Shown: positions 41,630 to 52,800, numbered from the stretch's first letter. The stretch: 64,000 bases of DNA from an uncultured bacterium (GCA_963822585.1 CAWGIE010000031.1:288001-352000); one strand, 5' to 3'. The notes: a model not told the origin generated them from the sequence alone. Numbers and translations: made by a program.

Positions 41630-43210
41630 ATGAAACGTTCTAGATTAACTCTGGGTATTCTTGTCTTCGCCCTGATCGCGGGTGGAGGGATCCGTTTGGC
41701 CGGAATCATGGGGAAAAAAGAACTCGATATGGATGAGGGGATCTCCTACCTTGCCGCTACCGGCCATGAAGGGGAGTTTATACAAGTAATTAATCAAAAG
41801 CTGTACCCGTATGGCCTTTGGGTTCGGGCCTCCGAATGGAAGCGATTTATTCTTCCTGAAAACCTATTTTGCTTTCAAAAGATAGACGATGATCTGGCGC
41901 ATTATGACGTTCATCCTCCTCTCTATTTTTGGTTGTTGCACGTCTGGTTTCTGATCTTCGGAGCCAACCTTTTATCCGGCCCCCTGCTGAACGTCGCCCT
42001 TTTTATTCCATCGCTGTTCGCCCTCTTCGGACTGGCCCGTTATTGCTTGAAGAACGCCGTGGAAGCTTCCCTGGTCGCTTTGATCTGGGCCGGCAGTCCG
42101 GCGGTTATCCGGATTTCATTTATAAGCCGCAACTATGGTCTTCTGGTACTGTTTGCAATCATCTTCGTCTGGAAAATACTGAGGTTTTCCGATGTAACGA
42201 CAAAAATCAAATGGCCGGATTATGTTTTATTGTTGATAACGGCGGCCGGCGGACTCTTGACCCATTATCACTTTTTTCTGTTGATGGCCGGTTCCTCTTT
42301 GTTCTTGATTGCCCGGCTTTTCCGGAGCAATAAACGGCGGCTGACAGCAGCGCTTGGCTTACTGGCGATTAGTTGCTTACTGCTGCTCTTTTTCCATCCC
42401 GATTTTTATCTTTCTTTTCTCCTGGAACAATCTCGAGATCATTCTATTCAATATCGGGGCTTTTTTTTCAGGCTGAATAGGGTCATAACCGCTTTCTTAA
42501 ATTTTATTGTCGGTAACCGGATGATCCAGCGGGGTCTGATAATTATTTCAGTTGTGATTATTATCCCGTTTTTCATTATTCGAGTCATGAATCGCCGGCG
42601 ACGAATCAAGGCAACGGATAATATAAATTTTACCGGCTTATCGATTATCTATTTTTTAGTCTGGACGGGAGGGAGTATCACCCTACTTTACCTTATCGGT
42701 ACCACCTCGTTACAACAGATGGGGAGAAGGTATCTGAGCATGATATATCCTTTTCTGGCGTTTGTTCCGGTGATGTTCTTCCGTTTTTTTAAAAAAACGA
42801 AGATTTTAGTGAGCACAAGTTTCTGCGCGCTCATCTTTATTTCCGCCGCTATGATGGTGTGGCATTATAATGAGACTCAAAAGCGAATATCCGATCTGTT
42901 TGCATTACTGCATAAACCCCAAAAAGTTTTAATTGATAACGATTCCAGATTATTTATCCCTCCCCTTCTCTCGCATATGCCGGAGGATATTTATTTATTC
43001 ATAGCCGATCAGGATTTCCTGTTAAAGCAGCGAAATGACTGGTTGAATAACCTCGGCGATTCATCCGTATATATCAGTCGAGCCTATAAGAAAGAGATAC
43101 TCGGCCGGCAGGAAATTCTTGCCATGATCGGCGGGACCTGCGAAATTGAGCCGGTTGACGGTACCATCATGGGATGGGGGAATATTTACATCTTAAGCCT
43201 AAAACGCTAA
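41630..43210 (+). CDS. GT-C membrane glycosyltransferase (ArnT/PMT-like)
   Basis: MDEGIS, DVHPPLYFWLLH, RNYGL, GLLTHY, RYL. Confidence 0.75.
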   Translation: MKRSRLTLGILVFALIAGGGIRLAGIMGKKELDMDEGISYLAATGHEGEFIQVINQKLYPYGLWVRASEWKRFILPENLFCFQKIDDDLAHYDVHPPLYFWLLHVWFLIFGANLLSGPLLNVALFIPSLFALFGLARYCLKNAVEASLVALIWAGSPAVIRISFISRNYGLLVLFAIIFVWKILRFSDVTTKIKWPDYVLLLITAAGGLLTHYHFFLLMAGSSLFLIARLFRSNKRRLTAALGLLAISCLLLLFFHPDFYLSFLLEQSRDHSIQYRGFFFRLNRVITAFLNFIVGNRMIQRGLIIISVVIIIPFFIIRVMNRRRRIKATDNINFTGLSIIYFLVWTGGSITLLYLIGTTSLQQMGRRYLSMIYPFLAFVPVMFFRFFKKTKILVSTSFCALIFISAAMMVWHYNETQKRISDLFALLHKPQKVLIDNDSRLFIPPLLSHMPEDIYLFIADQDFLLKQRNDWLNNLGDSSVYISRAYKKEILGRQEILAMIGGTCEIEPVDGTIMGWGNIYILSLKR

Positions 43211-43243
43211 ATCCCCCCTCCGGATTTTTAGAAGATCCAGTAG

Positions 43244-43455
43244 TGTAGGATCGTCCTTTCGCTTTCGCGACAGGACTTGTAGGATCAGAATGTCTCCGGC
43301 ATTCTTTGTAGTAATTGCAGGATCGCTTCGCTTGCGGTTCAGCAAGCTTTGCCCCCGGCAAGGCGATACTGCATTTACTACATCTCCTACAAGTCCTTCA
43401 CGAAGTGAGGGACGATCCTACATAAATTTGCGAGCGCAGCGAGCTAATTTATATG
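43244..43455 (+). mobile_element. ~210-bp palindromic dispersed element, copy B
   Basis: Homologous to 38431-38638; tail ends at ATG 43453. Confidence 0.75.
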
Positions 43456-44565
43456 ACCTTCTCCGTTCTTCAGGTCGGAAAATTCTACCATCCCTACCGG
43501 GGCGGCATGGAAACCTATCTCCTCGACCTCTGCCAGGGATTGAAAGATAAGGTCGATCTCCGGGTCCTGGTCTCCAACACCTCTCCCCGGACCATCCGGG
43601 AGGATGTGGACGGCGTGGACGTCATCCGGGCGGGGAGCTGGGGACGCCTCTTCTCCACCTCGTTCTGTACCGCGTTTCCGCGCCTGATCAGACAGCATGC
43701 CGGAGATATTATTACCATCCATCACCCCAACCCCCTGGCCACCCTGTCCTACCTGAAAGCCCGGCCCCCGGGACGTCTGACCGTCGTTTATCACAGCGAT
43801 ATCGTCAAACAGAAACTGACGGAATTGCTCTACCGGCCCCTCCTGATGAAATTTATGCGGAGAGTAGAGAGGATCAGCGTCACGTCGCCGCATTATATAG
43901 AAGGTTCGCCGGTGCTGGGGAAATTCCGGGAGAAGTGCGTGGTCATCCCAATCGGGATCGACCTCTCCCTTTTCGATGAGACGGAAGCCGTGGCCGCGAA
44001 AGTCCGCCGGATCCGCCGGATGCACGGCGAGAGGATCGTTCTCTTTATCGGGCGGATGACACTTTACAAGGGGATCGAATATCTAATCAAAGCAATGCAG
44101 GCAGTAAACGCGAAACTCCTCGTCATCGGGAACGGGGAGCGGTTCGATGCTCTGAAGATGATGATCGTCTCCCATCACCTTGAGGACAGGGTAGCGTTGA
44201 TGAGTGAAGTCTCCGCGGACGATCTTCGGGCCTACCTCCGCGCCTGCACTGTCTTTTGCCTCCCCTCCATCTCCCGGAACGAGGCCTTCGGGATCGTCCA
44301 GCTGGAGGCGATGGCCAGCTCCCGGCCGGTCGTCAGCTCCCGGCTCGATACCGGCATCACCTATACCAACCAGGACGGGATAACCGGCCTGGTGGTTCCT
44401 CCCCGGGACTCACGGGCCCTGGCCGCGGCCCTGAACCGGCTCCTCGATAATCCCAACCTGGCCGAGGAGATGGGACGGCAGGGACGCTTGCGGGTGGAAC
44501 GGGAATTCACCAAGGAAAAAATGGCGGAGAAGACTTTCCTGATGTACCGCGATCTGTTACGATGA
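43453..44565 (+). CDS. GT4 glycosyltransferase (mannosyl/rhamnosyltransferase-like)
   Basis: GKFYHPYRGGME, HHPNP, YHSDIV, EAFGIVQLEAMA. Confidence 0.9.
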   Translation: MTFSVLQVGKFYHPYRGGMETYLLDLCQGLKDKVDLRVLVSNTSPRTIREDVDGVDVIRAGSWGRLFSTSFCTAFPRLIRQHAGDIITIHHPNPLATLSYLKARPPGRLTVVYHSDIVKQKLTELLYRPLLMKFMRRVERISVTSPHYIEGSPVLGKFREKCVVIPIGIDLSLFDETEAVAAKVRRIRRMHGERIVLFIGRMTLYKGIEYLIKAMQAVNAKLLVIGNGERFDALKMMIVSHHLEDRVALMSEVSADDLRAYLRACTVFCLPSISRNEAFGIVQLEAMASSRPVVSSRLDTGITYTNQDGITGLVVPPRDSRALAAALNRLLDNPNLAEEMGRQGRLRVEREFTKEKMAEKTFLMYRDLLR

Positions 44566-44569
44566 TCGC

Positions 44570-45634
44570 ATGAAATTTCTCATCTTCATCGCCACCTTCG
44601 CGGTCTCCCTTTTTATCACCCCCCGGCTGGTTCATCTCTCCTCCCGCTTCGGCGTCTCCTATCACGCCGGAGACGGGAGCGTCCGTTCCCGGATTGCCCC
44701 CCTCCTGGGTGGTCTGTCCATCTACATTTCCTTTCTCTTCATCACCGTGGTTGTTTTCCTCCTCAGCCGGGGAAAAATGCTCGGTGAATATGATTACCAG
44801 TACCTGGGGATCATCCTCGGGGGAAGCCTGATGCTGGCCCTGGGAATCTATGACGACGTCCGGGGCGCCCCCCGACCGCTCAAAATCGCCGTCCAGACCC
44901 TGGGGGCGCTGATTTTGATCGGGTGCGGCTACCGGATAACCACCATCTCCTGTTTCTTCTGCGGGAAGATCGAGATCGGAGCCTGGGGAATCCCCCTCCT
45001 GGTCATCTGGATTGTCGGGGTGACCAATGCCCTCTCCCTGATCGATAAGATTGACGGTCTGGCCTGCGGGGTGGCGACAATCTGCGGGGTGACCCTCTTC
45101 TTCGCCGGGATCAGCGGTCCCCCTTTTGCGCCGGTACTGGCATTGGCGGTAGCCGGCAGTGCGGCGGGATTTCTCCGCTACAACTTCTATCCGGCCCGGA
45201 TCTTCCCCGGTTCCGGAGGGACGCTCTTTTTGGGCTTCGTGCTGGCCGCGGTGGCCGCGCAGGGTTCGTTCAAGATAACCGCCGGGTTAACCCTGATGAT
45301 ACCGCTTCTGGCCCTTCTGACCGTTCTTTTCAATTATTTTCATTCCACCCTGAGCCGACGCCCGGGGAAAGATGGTGACCGGCAGCTTCACAACCGGCTT
45401 ATTTTAATGGGTTATTCTCCGAAACAGTCTGTCCTGATATTATATATTCTTCAGGCCAATCTCGGCACCATCGCCCTGGTCATGGCCTATGCCGGCAGGA
45501 CTCTGGCCATAGCGATCTTTTTCCTGGTGGGGAGCATGCTCTACATCCTCTTCCGGATCATGGAAGACTACCGCGCGCGGATTCTTGAGCTGGAAGGACA
45601 AGGGGAAGAACAACCGGTAATCAGTGATCAGTAA
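44570..45634 (+). CDS. MraY/WecA-family paralogue with degenerate catalytic motifs
   Basis: PLLGGL and GIYDD retained, but NALSLIDKIDG, IFPGSGG and RQLHNRL replace the canonical motifs. Confidence 0.8.
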   Translation: MKFLIFIATFAVSLFITPRLVHLSSRFGVSYHAGDGSVRSRIAPLLGGLSIYISFLFITVVVFLLSRGKMLGEYDYQYLGIILGGSLMLALGIYDDVRGAPRPLKIAVQTLGALILIGCGYRITTISCFFCGKIEIGAWGIPLLVIWIVGVTNALSLIDKIDGLACGVATICGVTLFFAGISGPPFAPVLALAVAGSAAGFLRYNFYPARIFPGSGGTLFLGFVLAAVAAQGSFKITAGLTLMIPLLALLTVLFNYFHSTLSRRPGKDGDRQLHNRLILMGYSPKQSVLILYILQANLGTIALVMAYAGRTLAIAIFFLVGSMLYILFRIMEDYRARILELEGQGEEQPVISDQ

Positions 45635-45742
45635 TCGGTCCCGAAAAGTTCTGACTTCGTCAGAACCTCGGGATCTCCGCTGCGCTCCGATAATCGGTAA
45701 TCAGTTTAAACAATTTAATTTTTCCGCAGGAAAAATTTAATT

Positions 45743-46789
45743 ATGTATTGGCTCATCTTCATCATCGCTTTCTTGATCTCTTTTTTAATAACCCCCTCCC
45801 TGATCCGGATAGTCGGACAGAGGGGGATTATGGCCCGACCCCTGGATCAAACCGCCGGAGATCGGACGGTGCCCCTGCTGGGAGGCCTTGCCATCTTTCT
45901 CGCCTTTACGGTGTCCTCCTCCCTCGCCTTCCTGCTCAGCCGCGGGAAGATGCTGGGGGAGTTTGATATCCATTTCCTGGGATTGCTGGCGGGGGGCCTC
46001 ATCCTCCTCCTCCTGGGCATCTACGATGACATAAGAGGCCTCAAGGCGCCGGTTAAACTGATTTTCCAGACGATCGCCGCGGTGGTGCTGATTTTATGCG
46101 GGTATAATGTGGAGGTGCTTACCAATCCCTTCGGAGGACAGATCCAGATCGGCCTCTGGGGGATACCCCTGGTCATCCTCTGGATCGTCGGTGTCACCAA
46201 CGCCTTCAACCTGCTCGACGGCCTGGACGGCCTGGCCTGCGGGGTGGCCTCCATCGCCGGACTGACCCTCTTCTTCTGCAGCCTGGGCGATTCCCCATTC
46301 ATGCCCACCATCGCCATCGCGCTGGTGGGGGGATGCCTCGGGTTTCTTCCTTTCAACCGGTTCCCGGCCCGGATATTCATGGGCGATACCGGCAGTCTCT
46401 TGGTGGGGTTCGTGCTGGCGGCGGTCTCGATTCAGAGTTCCTTCAAAACGACCGCCGGGATAGCGCTGGTGCTCCCGCTGATCGCCCTCCTCCTCCCGAT
46501 CGCCGATACTACGATCGCCTTCATCCGGCGGCTGGTTCGCAAAAGGGATCCCTTCAGCGGCGACCTCCATCACCTGCACCACCGGCTGGTGGCGCTGGGA
46601 TTCTCGCAAAAAGAGGCGGTAAGAATGTTCTACCTGCTCACGATTAACCTGGGGATGATCGCCCTGGTGATGAAATATGCCGGGCGGGCACTGGCTTTCG
46701 GGATGCTTTTTTTAATCGGCCTGATCTTCTTTCTCTTCCTGAAGATCATCGAGGATTTCCGTTTCTCCATCAATGCTCGGAAAAAATAG
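45743..46789 (+). CDS. wecA: Undecaprenyl-phosphate GlcNAc-1-phosphate transferase (WecA/TagO family)
   Basis: GIYDD, NAFNLLDGLDGL, IFMGDTGS, DLHHLHHRL. Confidence 0.85.
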   Translation: MYWLIFIIAFLISFLITPSLIRIVGQRGIMARPLDQTAGDRTVPLLGGLAIFLAFTVSSSLAFLLSRGKMLGEFDIHFLGLLAGGLILLLLGIYDDIRGLKAPVKLIFQTIAAVVLILCGYNVEVLTNPFGGQIQIGLWGIPLVILWIVGVTNAFNLLDGLDGLACGVASIAGLTLFFCSLGDSPFMPTIAIALVGGCLGFLPFNRFPARIFMGDTGSLLVGFVLAAVSIQSSFKTTAGIALVLPLIALLLPIADTTIAFIRRLVRKRDPFSGDLHHLHHRLVALGFSQKEAVRMFYLLTINLGMIALVMKYAGRALAFGMLFLIGLIFFLFLKIIEDFRFSINARKK

Positions 46790-46806
46790 AAAAGCCCTTT
46801 TTCACC

Positions 46807-47952
46807 ATGAAGAACATGAAGGACACGAAGAAAAAAGTAAAACCACCCATCGACAGTTCCATCGAGTCTCCGATCTGGGAGAAGATGCGCACGCAGCATC
46901 TTCCTATTCACGGCTCGATCGAGCTGACCCGGCGGTGCAACCTTAAGTGCCCTTACTGCTATCTCCGTTTCGCCCGGAACACTCCTCCGGAAGATGAACT
47001 GAGCCGGGAGGAGATATTCTCCCTCTTCGATCAGTTTGCCGGAGAAGGGTGCGTCTTCCTCACCTTCACGGGGGGGGAACCGCTCGCGCTCGATGACTTC
47101 CATACTATTTATCTGAATGCCCTACGAAAGGGATTTTTAGTGACCATATTCACCAACGGCACGCTGATTGACCGGGAAATGGCCGATTTCTTCGCCCGTT
47201 ATCCCCCCTTTCATATTGATATTACTGTCTTCGGGGCAACCGAAAAAACATATGAACAGGTCTCCGGTGTCAAGGGCAGTTACCGGCAGTCTCAGACCGC
47301 GATCCAATTATTGTCGCAGAAAAAAATACCCTTCGGATTAAAATCTGTCATCAACACACTCAATCACCACGAGATCGGGGAGATGAAAACACAGGCAGGG
47401 GATTTGGGGCAGATCTTCCGGTTTGACTCGTTGATCTGCCCTCAATTAAACGGCTCGCGAGAGGGCATTCAACACCGCCTCTCTCCCGAGGAGATTGTCA
47501 GGACTGACCGCCGGGATAAAGACAGATGGGAGGAATGGGTGGAGTTTGCCTGCCGGGACCGGGCAAGCGCCGGGGACAGGCGACTCTATCGCTGCGGAGG
47601 AGGGCTTTATTCTTTTCACGTGAATTCAAGTGGGCGACTTAGCATCTGCACACTAGATACCAACTATCAATATGATCTCAAAAAAGGGACATTCCATGAA
47701 GGGTGGCATACCTTCATCCCCCGAATCCGGGCTATCCAGGCCAATGAGAAGAGCGTATGCGGGAACTGCAAACTTAGCTCAATCTGCACTGTCTGCCCCG
47801 CCTGGTCAAAAATGGAAACCGGCGAACCGGACCGATCGGTAGAATTCCTTTGCCAGATCGCACGGTTACGGGGTATATTATTTGAAGAGTATCGGAGAAA
47901 TAGCCATGAAAAAGAAAAAACTTTACCATCCGCCGCAAGTAACGTCCGTTGA
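46807..47952 (+). CDS. Radical SAM/SPASM-domain protein (putative peptide maturase)
   Basis: ELTRRCNLKCPYC (CxxxCxxC), TGGEP, TNGTL; SPASM cysteines CGGG..G.LSIC..CGNC...ICTVCP..LC. Confidence 0.9.
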   Translation: MKNMKDTKKKVKPPIDSSIESPIWEKMRTQHLPIHGSIELTRRCNLKCPYCYLRFARNTPPEDELSREEIFSLFDQFAGEGCVFLTFTGGEPLALDDFHTIYLNALRKGFLVTIFTNGTLIDREMADFFARYPPFHIDITVFGATEKTYEQVSGVKGSYRQSQTAIQLLSQKKIPFGLKSVINTLNHHEIGEMKTQAGDLGQIFRFDSLICPQLNGSREGIQHRLSPEEIVRTDRRDKDRWEEWVEFACRDRASAGDRRLYRCGGGLYSFHVNSSGRLSICTLDTNYQYDLKKGTFHEGWHTFIPRIRAIQANEKSVCGNCKLSSICTVCPAWSKMETGEPDRSVEFLCQIARLRGILFEEYRRNSHEKEKTLPSAASNVR

Positions 47953-48064
47953 ACTGAGCTTCAACACGGCACAAATGGGGAACTGTCATACTCCAAGCGT
48001 CTCCTTTCCCCAGTCCACTTTCCCTCCCGTCCCCTGCACGCTTACGGCTTGCCACGATACGTAA
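47906..48064 (+). CDS. Putative RiPP precursor peptide, 52 aa (MKKKKLYHPPQVTSVELSFNTAQMGNCHTPSVSFPQSTFPPVPCTLTACHDT)
   Basis: GGAG at 47894-47897, ATG 47906; basic N-terminus with YxPPxV leader motif; Cys27/44/49; adjacent to the rSAM gene. Confidence 0.75.
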   Translation: MKKKKLYHPPQVTSVELSFNTAQMGNCHTPSVSFPQSTFPPVPCTLTACHDT

Positions 48065-48080
48065 GAAGAGTAAGGGTTTA

Positions 48081-48947
48081 ATGGAGACAACAACCATCGG
48101 AATAGGCGGTTTCTCCATACAAGTCAGTCTGCCCGATCGGTCCTTTCAGCTCGAAGCCTTCTATAGCTCCTTTCTTCATACTTTATCCGGTCGTCCGGAT
48201 GGCGCCTGGCAGGTCAGGGCGCAAAGGCGGACGGCTGAGCCAGGAATTCCATCTCACCTTTCTTCCCCCCTGAGATGGGAAATTTTCCGGCGGAATGGAA
48301 GTAAAGAATTCCGGGTCTGGTTGAGGGGGGGGGAGAGGCATCCCTGGAGAACGGCATTCATGGAGGCTAATTGCTCCCGGGGAGAGATCTGGGCCGAAAG
48401 GCAAGACCGGGAGATCGTTTCATTCCCTCTATTCATTCTTGACCTACTCATCTTCTCCCACTTCCTGCTTCCCCGGGAAGGGATGATCATTCATGCCGCG
48501 GCCGTGAAGATTGACGGCGGAGCATTTCTCTTCCCCGCGCCCGCAGGGGGAGGAAAGAGCACCTGGGCTGAACTGCTGGCAGAAAACCATAACTTTACGC
48601 CCCTGGGGGAGGACAAGGTTATTCTTCGGAAAATCGGGAACACATATCATATTTTCGGCTCCCCCTGGAATCCGCGGCCGGAATTTCAAAAGACGGACTC
48701 CGCTCATCTCCAGGGTATATTTTTTCTTCACCACAGCCCGGAAAACCGGATTGTGAGGCTTAACCAATCCTTCGCTCTTCAGGAGTTGCTTCAACAGACG
48801 TTTCTTCCGTTTAACGAGAGAGACGAACTAGACAGGGCCGTTTCCATCGTCGAAGATGTTATTAATAACGTACCCGCGTACAGTTTCGGTTTCCGCCCCG
48901 ATCAAACCGCAGTGAAGTGCTTTCAGGTTTTTATCGCCTCGGAATGA
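48081..48947 (+). CDS. HPr-kinase-like P-loop protein (ScmC-like)
   Basis: IHAAAV....AFLFPAPAGGGKST, LGEDKV, FGSPW. Confidence 0.75.
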   Translation: METTTIGIGGFSIQVSLPDRSFQLEAFYSSFLHTLSGRPDGAWQVRAQRRTAEPGIPSHLSSPLRWEIFRRNGSKEFRVWLRGGERHPWRTAFMEANCSRGEIWAERQDREIVSFPLFILDLLIFSHFLLPREGMIIHAAAVKIDGGAFLFPAPAGGGKSTWAELLAENHNFTPLGEDKVILRKIGNTYHIFGSPWNPRPEFQKTDSAHLQGIFFLHHSPENRIVRLNQSFALQELLQQTFLPFNERDELDRAVSIVEDVINNVPAYSFGFRPDQTAVKCFQVFIASE

Positions 48948-49177
48948 TAGAAATTGACAGTTGTCCGTAGACCAAGGCGATTTAAACAGAAGTATTGGAG
49001 TGGTGGAATACTGGAGTAATGGGAACGTCCACTTCCCCTATACTTCAATACTCCATTACTCCAACACTCCGTTTCACCTACGAAGAAAAGCAAAAATATA
49101 GATTACATGTCATTGACACTTCCTCAAATTATTGCCCACAACTCATAAATATATTGAGAACCATCTCTACCACAACC

Positions 49178-49696
49178 GTGAAGAGCACCGTTACACTCGA
49201 TGAACTCCTGGCCTGCGACGTCCCCGTCCGGATCCGGCCGGCCGGCCGGAGCATGCACCCGTTTATCCGGCAGGATGACTTTATTACCATCACTCCTTAT
49301 TCGTCCCCTGACTTAAAAAAGTTAACAGTGGGAGAATGTATTATTTTCCGGGACGAAGGCGGCCGGTGGCTCATCCACCGTGTCATCAAACTCGACCGGG
49401 CTGAAGAGAAGATCATCACTAAGGGAGACGCTCTTCTTCGGCCGGACCGGCCGGTATCCCCTGAGATGATCCGGGGGAAAATCAACTTGATCGAGAGAGA
49501 TGCTTCGGGAAGAACACACCGCCTCGATCGCCCGTTGGCCATAAAAGTCAACCGTCTGATCGCTCTTCTTTCCCGGGTTGAAGCCGCCCTCTCCTTCCCC
49601 CCCCGAAAAGAAATTCATATCTCCGCCGGGGCTGAACTATTCGGTAGGATAACCAAAGCCCCCAAGTGGCTTTTGACCAGAATCTGTTTCCCCTGA
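49178..49696 (+). CDS. S24/S26-family peptidase (Ser-His type)
   Basis: GRSMHPFI, LIHRVI, TKGDA, D.PV...IRG. Start uncertain; the track's 5' extension crosses an octamer repeat array. Confidence 0.8.
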   Translation: MKSTVTLDELLACDVPVRIRPAGRSMHPFIRQDDFITITPYSSPDLKKLTVGECIIFRDEGGRWLIHRVIKLDRAEEKIITKGDALLRPDRPVSPEMIRGKINLIERDASGRTHRLDRPLAIKVNRLIALLSRVEAALSFPPRKEIHISAGAELFGRITKAPKWLLTRICFP

Positions 49697-49824
49697 CCGA
49701 AACAACTGTATCATCGTGGGTGTGTACCTACTTGCGGATTGAAACTTCCCGATTGATATGGTAGGTTAATAAATAAACCTTTCAAGCCGTTTGAACCGTA
49801 TCCTTCCCCTGAGGCCCACATACA

Positions 49825-52800
49825 ATGAATAATAAACGGAAAGCAACCTTCCTGGCAATCCTGGCCGGCGGGCTGTTAACGACGGGCTTACTCCTGCTGT
49901 TTGATAAACCGGAGCAGATCTCTCCAGTAACCGATCCACCTTCTCCTCCATTGAAGCCGGCGCAGACCAGAGCCACACAGCCCATACTAACTGATAGCGA
50001 ACCGGACGCCATAGTCGCGGGCGCAGTCGAAAAACAAATTCCGACGCCCTCATATCTCCGTCAGCTGGCGGAATTCAAAAAAGAGGAAAAGACCGTCGGA
50101 TATCGTATCCTCCGGGAAGACGAAACCGGCCTCACCCTGGAGATCTCTATACCGGAATACCGGCTGGAAACGGTCTCGGCGGAAGGGCGCCCCGCTCAGT
50201 ATCAACAGGTCACTATCCCGGGATACCTCACCCTGGAAGAGCCTGGTCGGCCTCTGATCCCCGTCACGGCCATCACCATCCCTCTGCCCGGCGTTGAATC
50301 GGTCGAAGTCTCCGCCGAAACCAACCTCCCCGTTGAATCGGGGGGGGAGGTCATTCTGGCGGATGCGCCTTCGGACAGACAGAACAGGAGGGAGATCGAA
50401 CGGATCTGGACAGAGAAGACTCTCGCCGACGGCCGGCTGCTTGAGGTGCTCCCCGACCGCTGGCGGACCTTCGCGGAAGAACGCCGGAAGGCGCTGGAGA
50501 CAGAAGAAAACGTGCTCGATGAAGGAACCGGGTCAACGGATGTTGGGGATAAAAGTGACGCTCTCTACCCTCCACAGGTCGTGGAGTCCTCCGGTCCCCT
50601 CTGGGCGGGGGATGAGCAGTTCGTCAACCTCCGAATCACGCCGGTCCAGTATTCCCGGTCAACCGGGAAGCTTGTTTCGTGCGACCGGGTGACGATTGAT
50701 GTAAAATACGGCGCTCCGATCAAGACTTTGCCGAAGGGCGATCAACCCGATTACGGCGCCCAGTTCGCCCTCGCCAACTCCGACGCCTTTAAAGCATCAG
50801 TCTGGCGGGACGGAGTGCATACCATCACCTATCAAAACCTGGTTGACGCCGGTTTCAACGTCGGCCAGGACCCCCGAGCGCTCCGGATGTATTTCATGGG
50901 GCAGGAGATATCTATTTATATTTACGGTCAGGAGGATGGCTCCTGGGACCCGGGCGATTACCTCGACTTCTACGGCCAAAAAAATACCGGATTCTACAGT
51001 CAGACCAACGTCTACTGGCTCTACCAGACTTCGGGAACCGGGAGCAGGATGTCTGAAGTTTCCTCTCCGCTATGCGGACGCCCGTCCCGGCAGGAGCATT
51101 TCCTGGACGCGCTTCACCTGGAAAAAAGAGTCTCCTACCAGCCGTTCCTCCCGGTGGGGGCGAACAACGATTACTGGTTCTGGGATTACGCCGGCTATAC
51201 TTACGGCCTTGACTACCCCGCCACCATCACCTTTACCCTGGCCGGGGTGAGCGATTGGGAGGGAACCGCCTCCTTCACCGGACGCTATTTCGGTTACACC
51301 ACATACGACGCGTACAACCCCGACCATCACACCCGGGTTTACCTGAACGGACTGCTCCTGGGAGACTTTACCTGGGACGGGCAGGTCTCCTACACACTTC
51401 AGACCGATATTCCACAGAGCGCCTTCAACGAGGGGACCAACACCATTCTCACCCAGGAGGTGAATGACCTGGGCCTGCCGATCACCGGAGAGTTTATTTT
51501 CATCGACAATTTCGACCTTACTTACTATCGCGACTATGAGAGTTCGGCGGACTGGCTCACCTTTACCGCTTCCGGGAAGGCCGACTATCGGATCGGCGGC
51601 TTCAGCGGCGATGACCTCGCGCTCTATGACATCACAAACACCGACGCTCCTCAGAGAATCACCGATTTCACGGTCCAGACGGATGGCGTGAATACTCTCG
51701 TCTTCCGAAAATGGGACGCCGTCACAAAACGATACTGCGCCTTTTGCCGAACCTCTTCTCTCACCCCGACCCTGACCCAGAACACGCCCTCCGATCTGCC
51801 CTCACCCCGGGTCATCGACTATATAATTATCACTCACCCCAACTTCACTGCCGCCATTCAGCCCCTGGCCGCCTTCCGGGAGGAGACCGCTCACGGCGAT
51901 TTCCGGGTGGAGACGTTCGAGGTCCAAGATATCTATAATACCTTCGGCTTCGGTAACTTCACCCCCTACGCCATCAAATATTTTCTTCAGTACGCCTACA
52001 CCGATTGGGACGCCCTGACTCATCCCCAGTACGCTCTCCTGGTAGGGGACGGGAATTACGACTACCAAAACTACCTGGGGCTGAGCCTGACAAATTACGT
52101 CCCTCCCTATATGTTCCACAGTCAGTATATGGAAACGGCTTCCGACAACTGGTACGTCAGTTTTATCGGGGAAGACCGGATCCCCGACATGAACATCGGG
52201 CGGCTCTGCGTTACTTCCTTCAGCGAAACCACCCAGCAGGCCGGCAGAATCATCGGATATGAGAACGGGACCGACGGTCTCTCCTGGCAGGACAACATCC
52301 TGATGGTGGCGGATAATCCGGACCCGGCCGCGGGAGACTTCCCCGCTGACAGCAACTGGCTGATCGCCAATTACATCCCGCCCTCCTTCACGGCCCAGAC
52401 CGCTTATGTTCCAAACCTCGGCGTGGCCGGAACCAGGAACGCTATCATCAACGGCTGCAACAGCGGCAAACTCCTCGTCAACTACATGGGCCACGGCGCG
52501 ACGAATACCTGGTCTTCGCCCACCATCTTCAGTACCACCAATATCGCCTCGCTCACCAACGCCGACCGCTTGAACTTGCTGATCACGCCGACCTGTCTCA
52601 ACGGCTACTGGTGCGATACCGCCGGGGATTGCCTGGCCGAAGCCATGACCTTGACCCCGAAAAAAGGATCGATAGCCGCCGTATCACCCTCCGGCCTCTC
52701 CCTCAACACGCCCGCCCGGCAACTGACCGGCTTTCTCTTCCAGGAACTGTTGACCAATTATTATCCCTGCGGACCCGCATTGACCCGGGCCAAGATCCGG

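Noticed and set aside
48995..49177. N-terminal extension of the S26 peptidase (MEWWNTGVMG...LQYSITP)
   Set aside because: It is a translation of the TGGAGTA octamer inverted array, not protein-like sequence.
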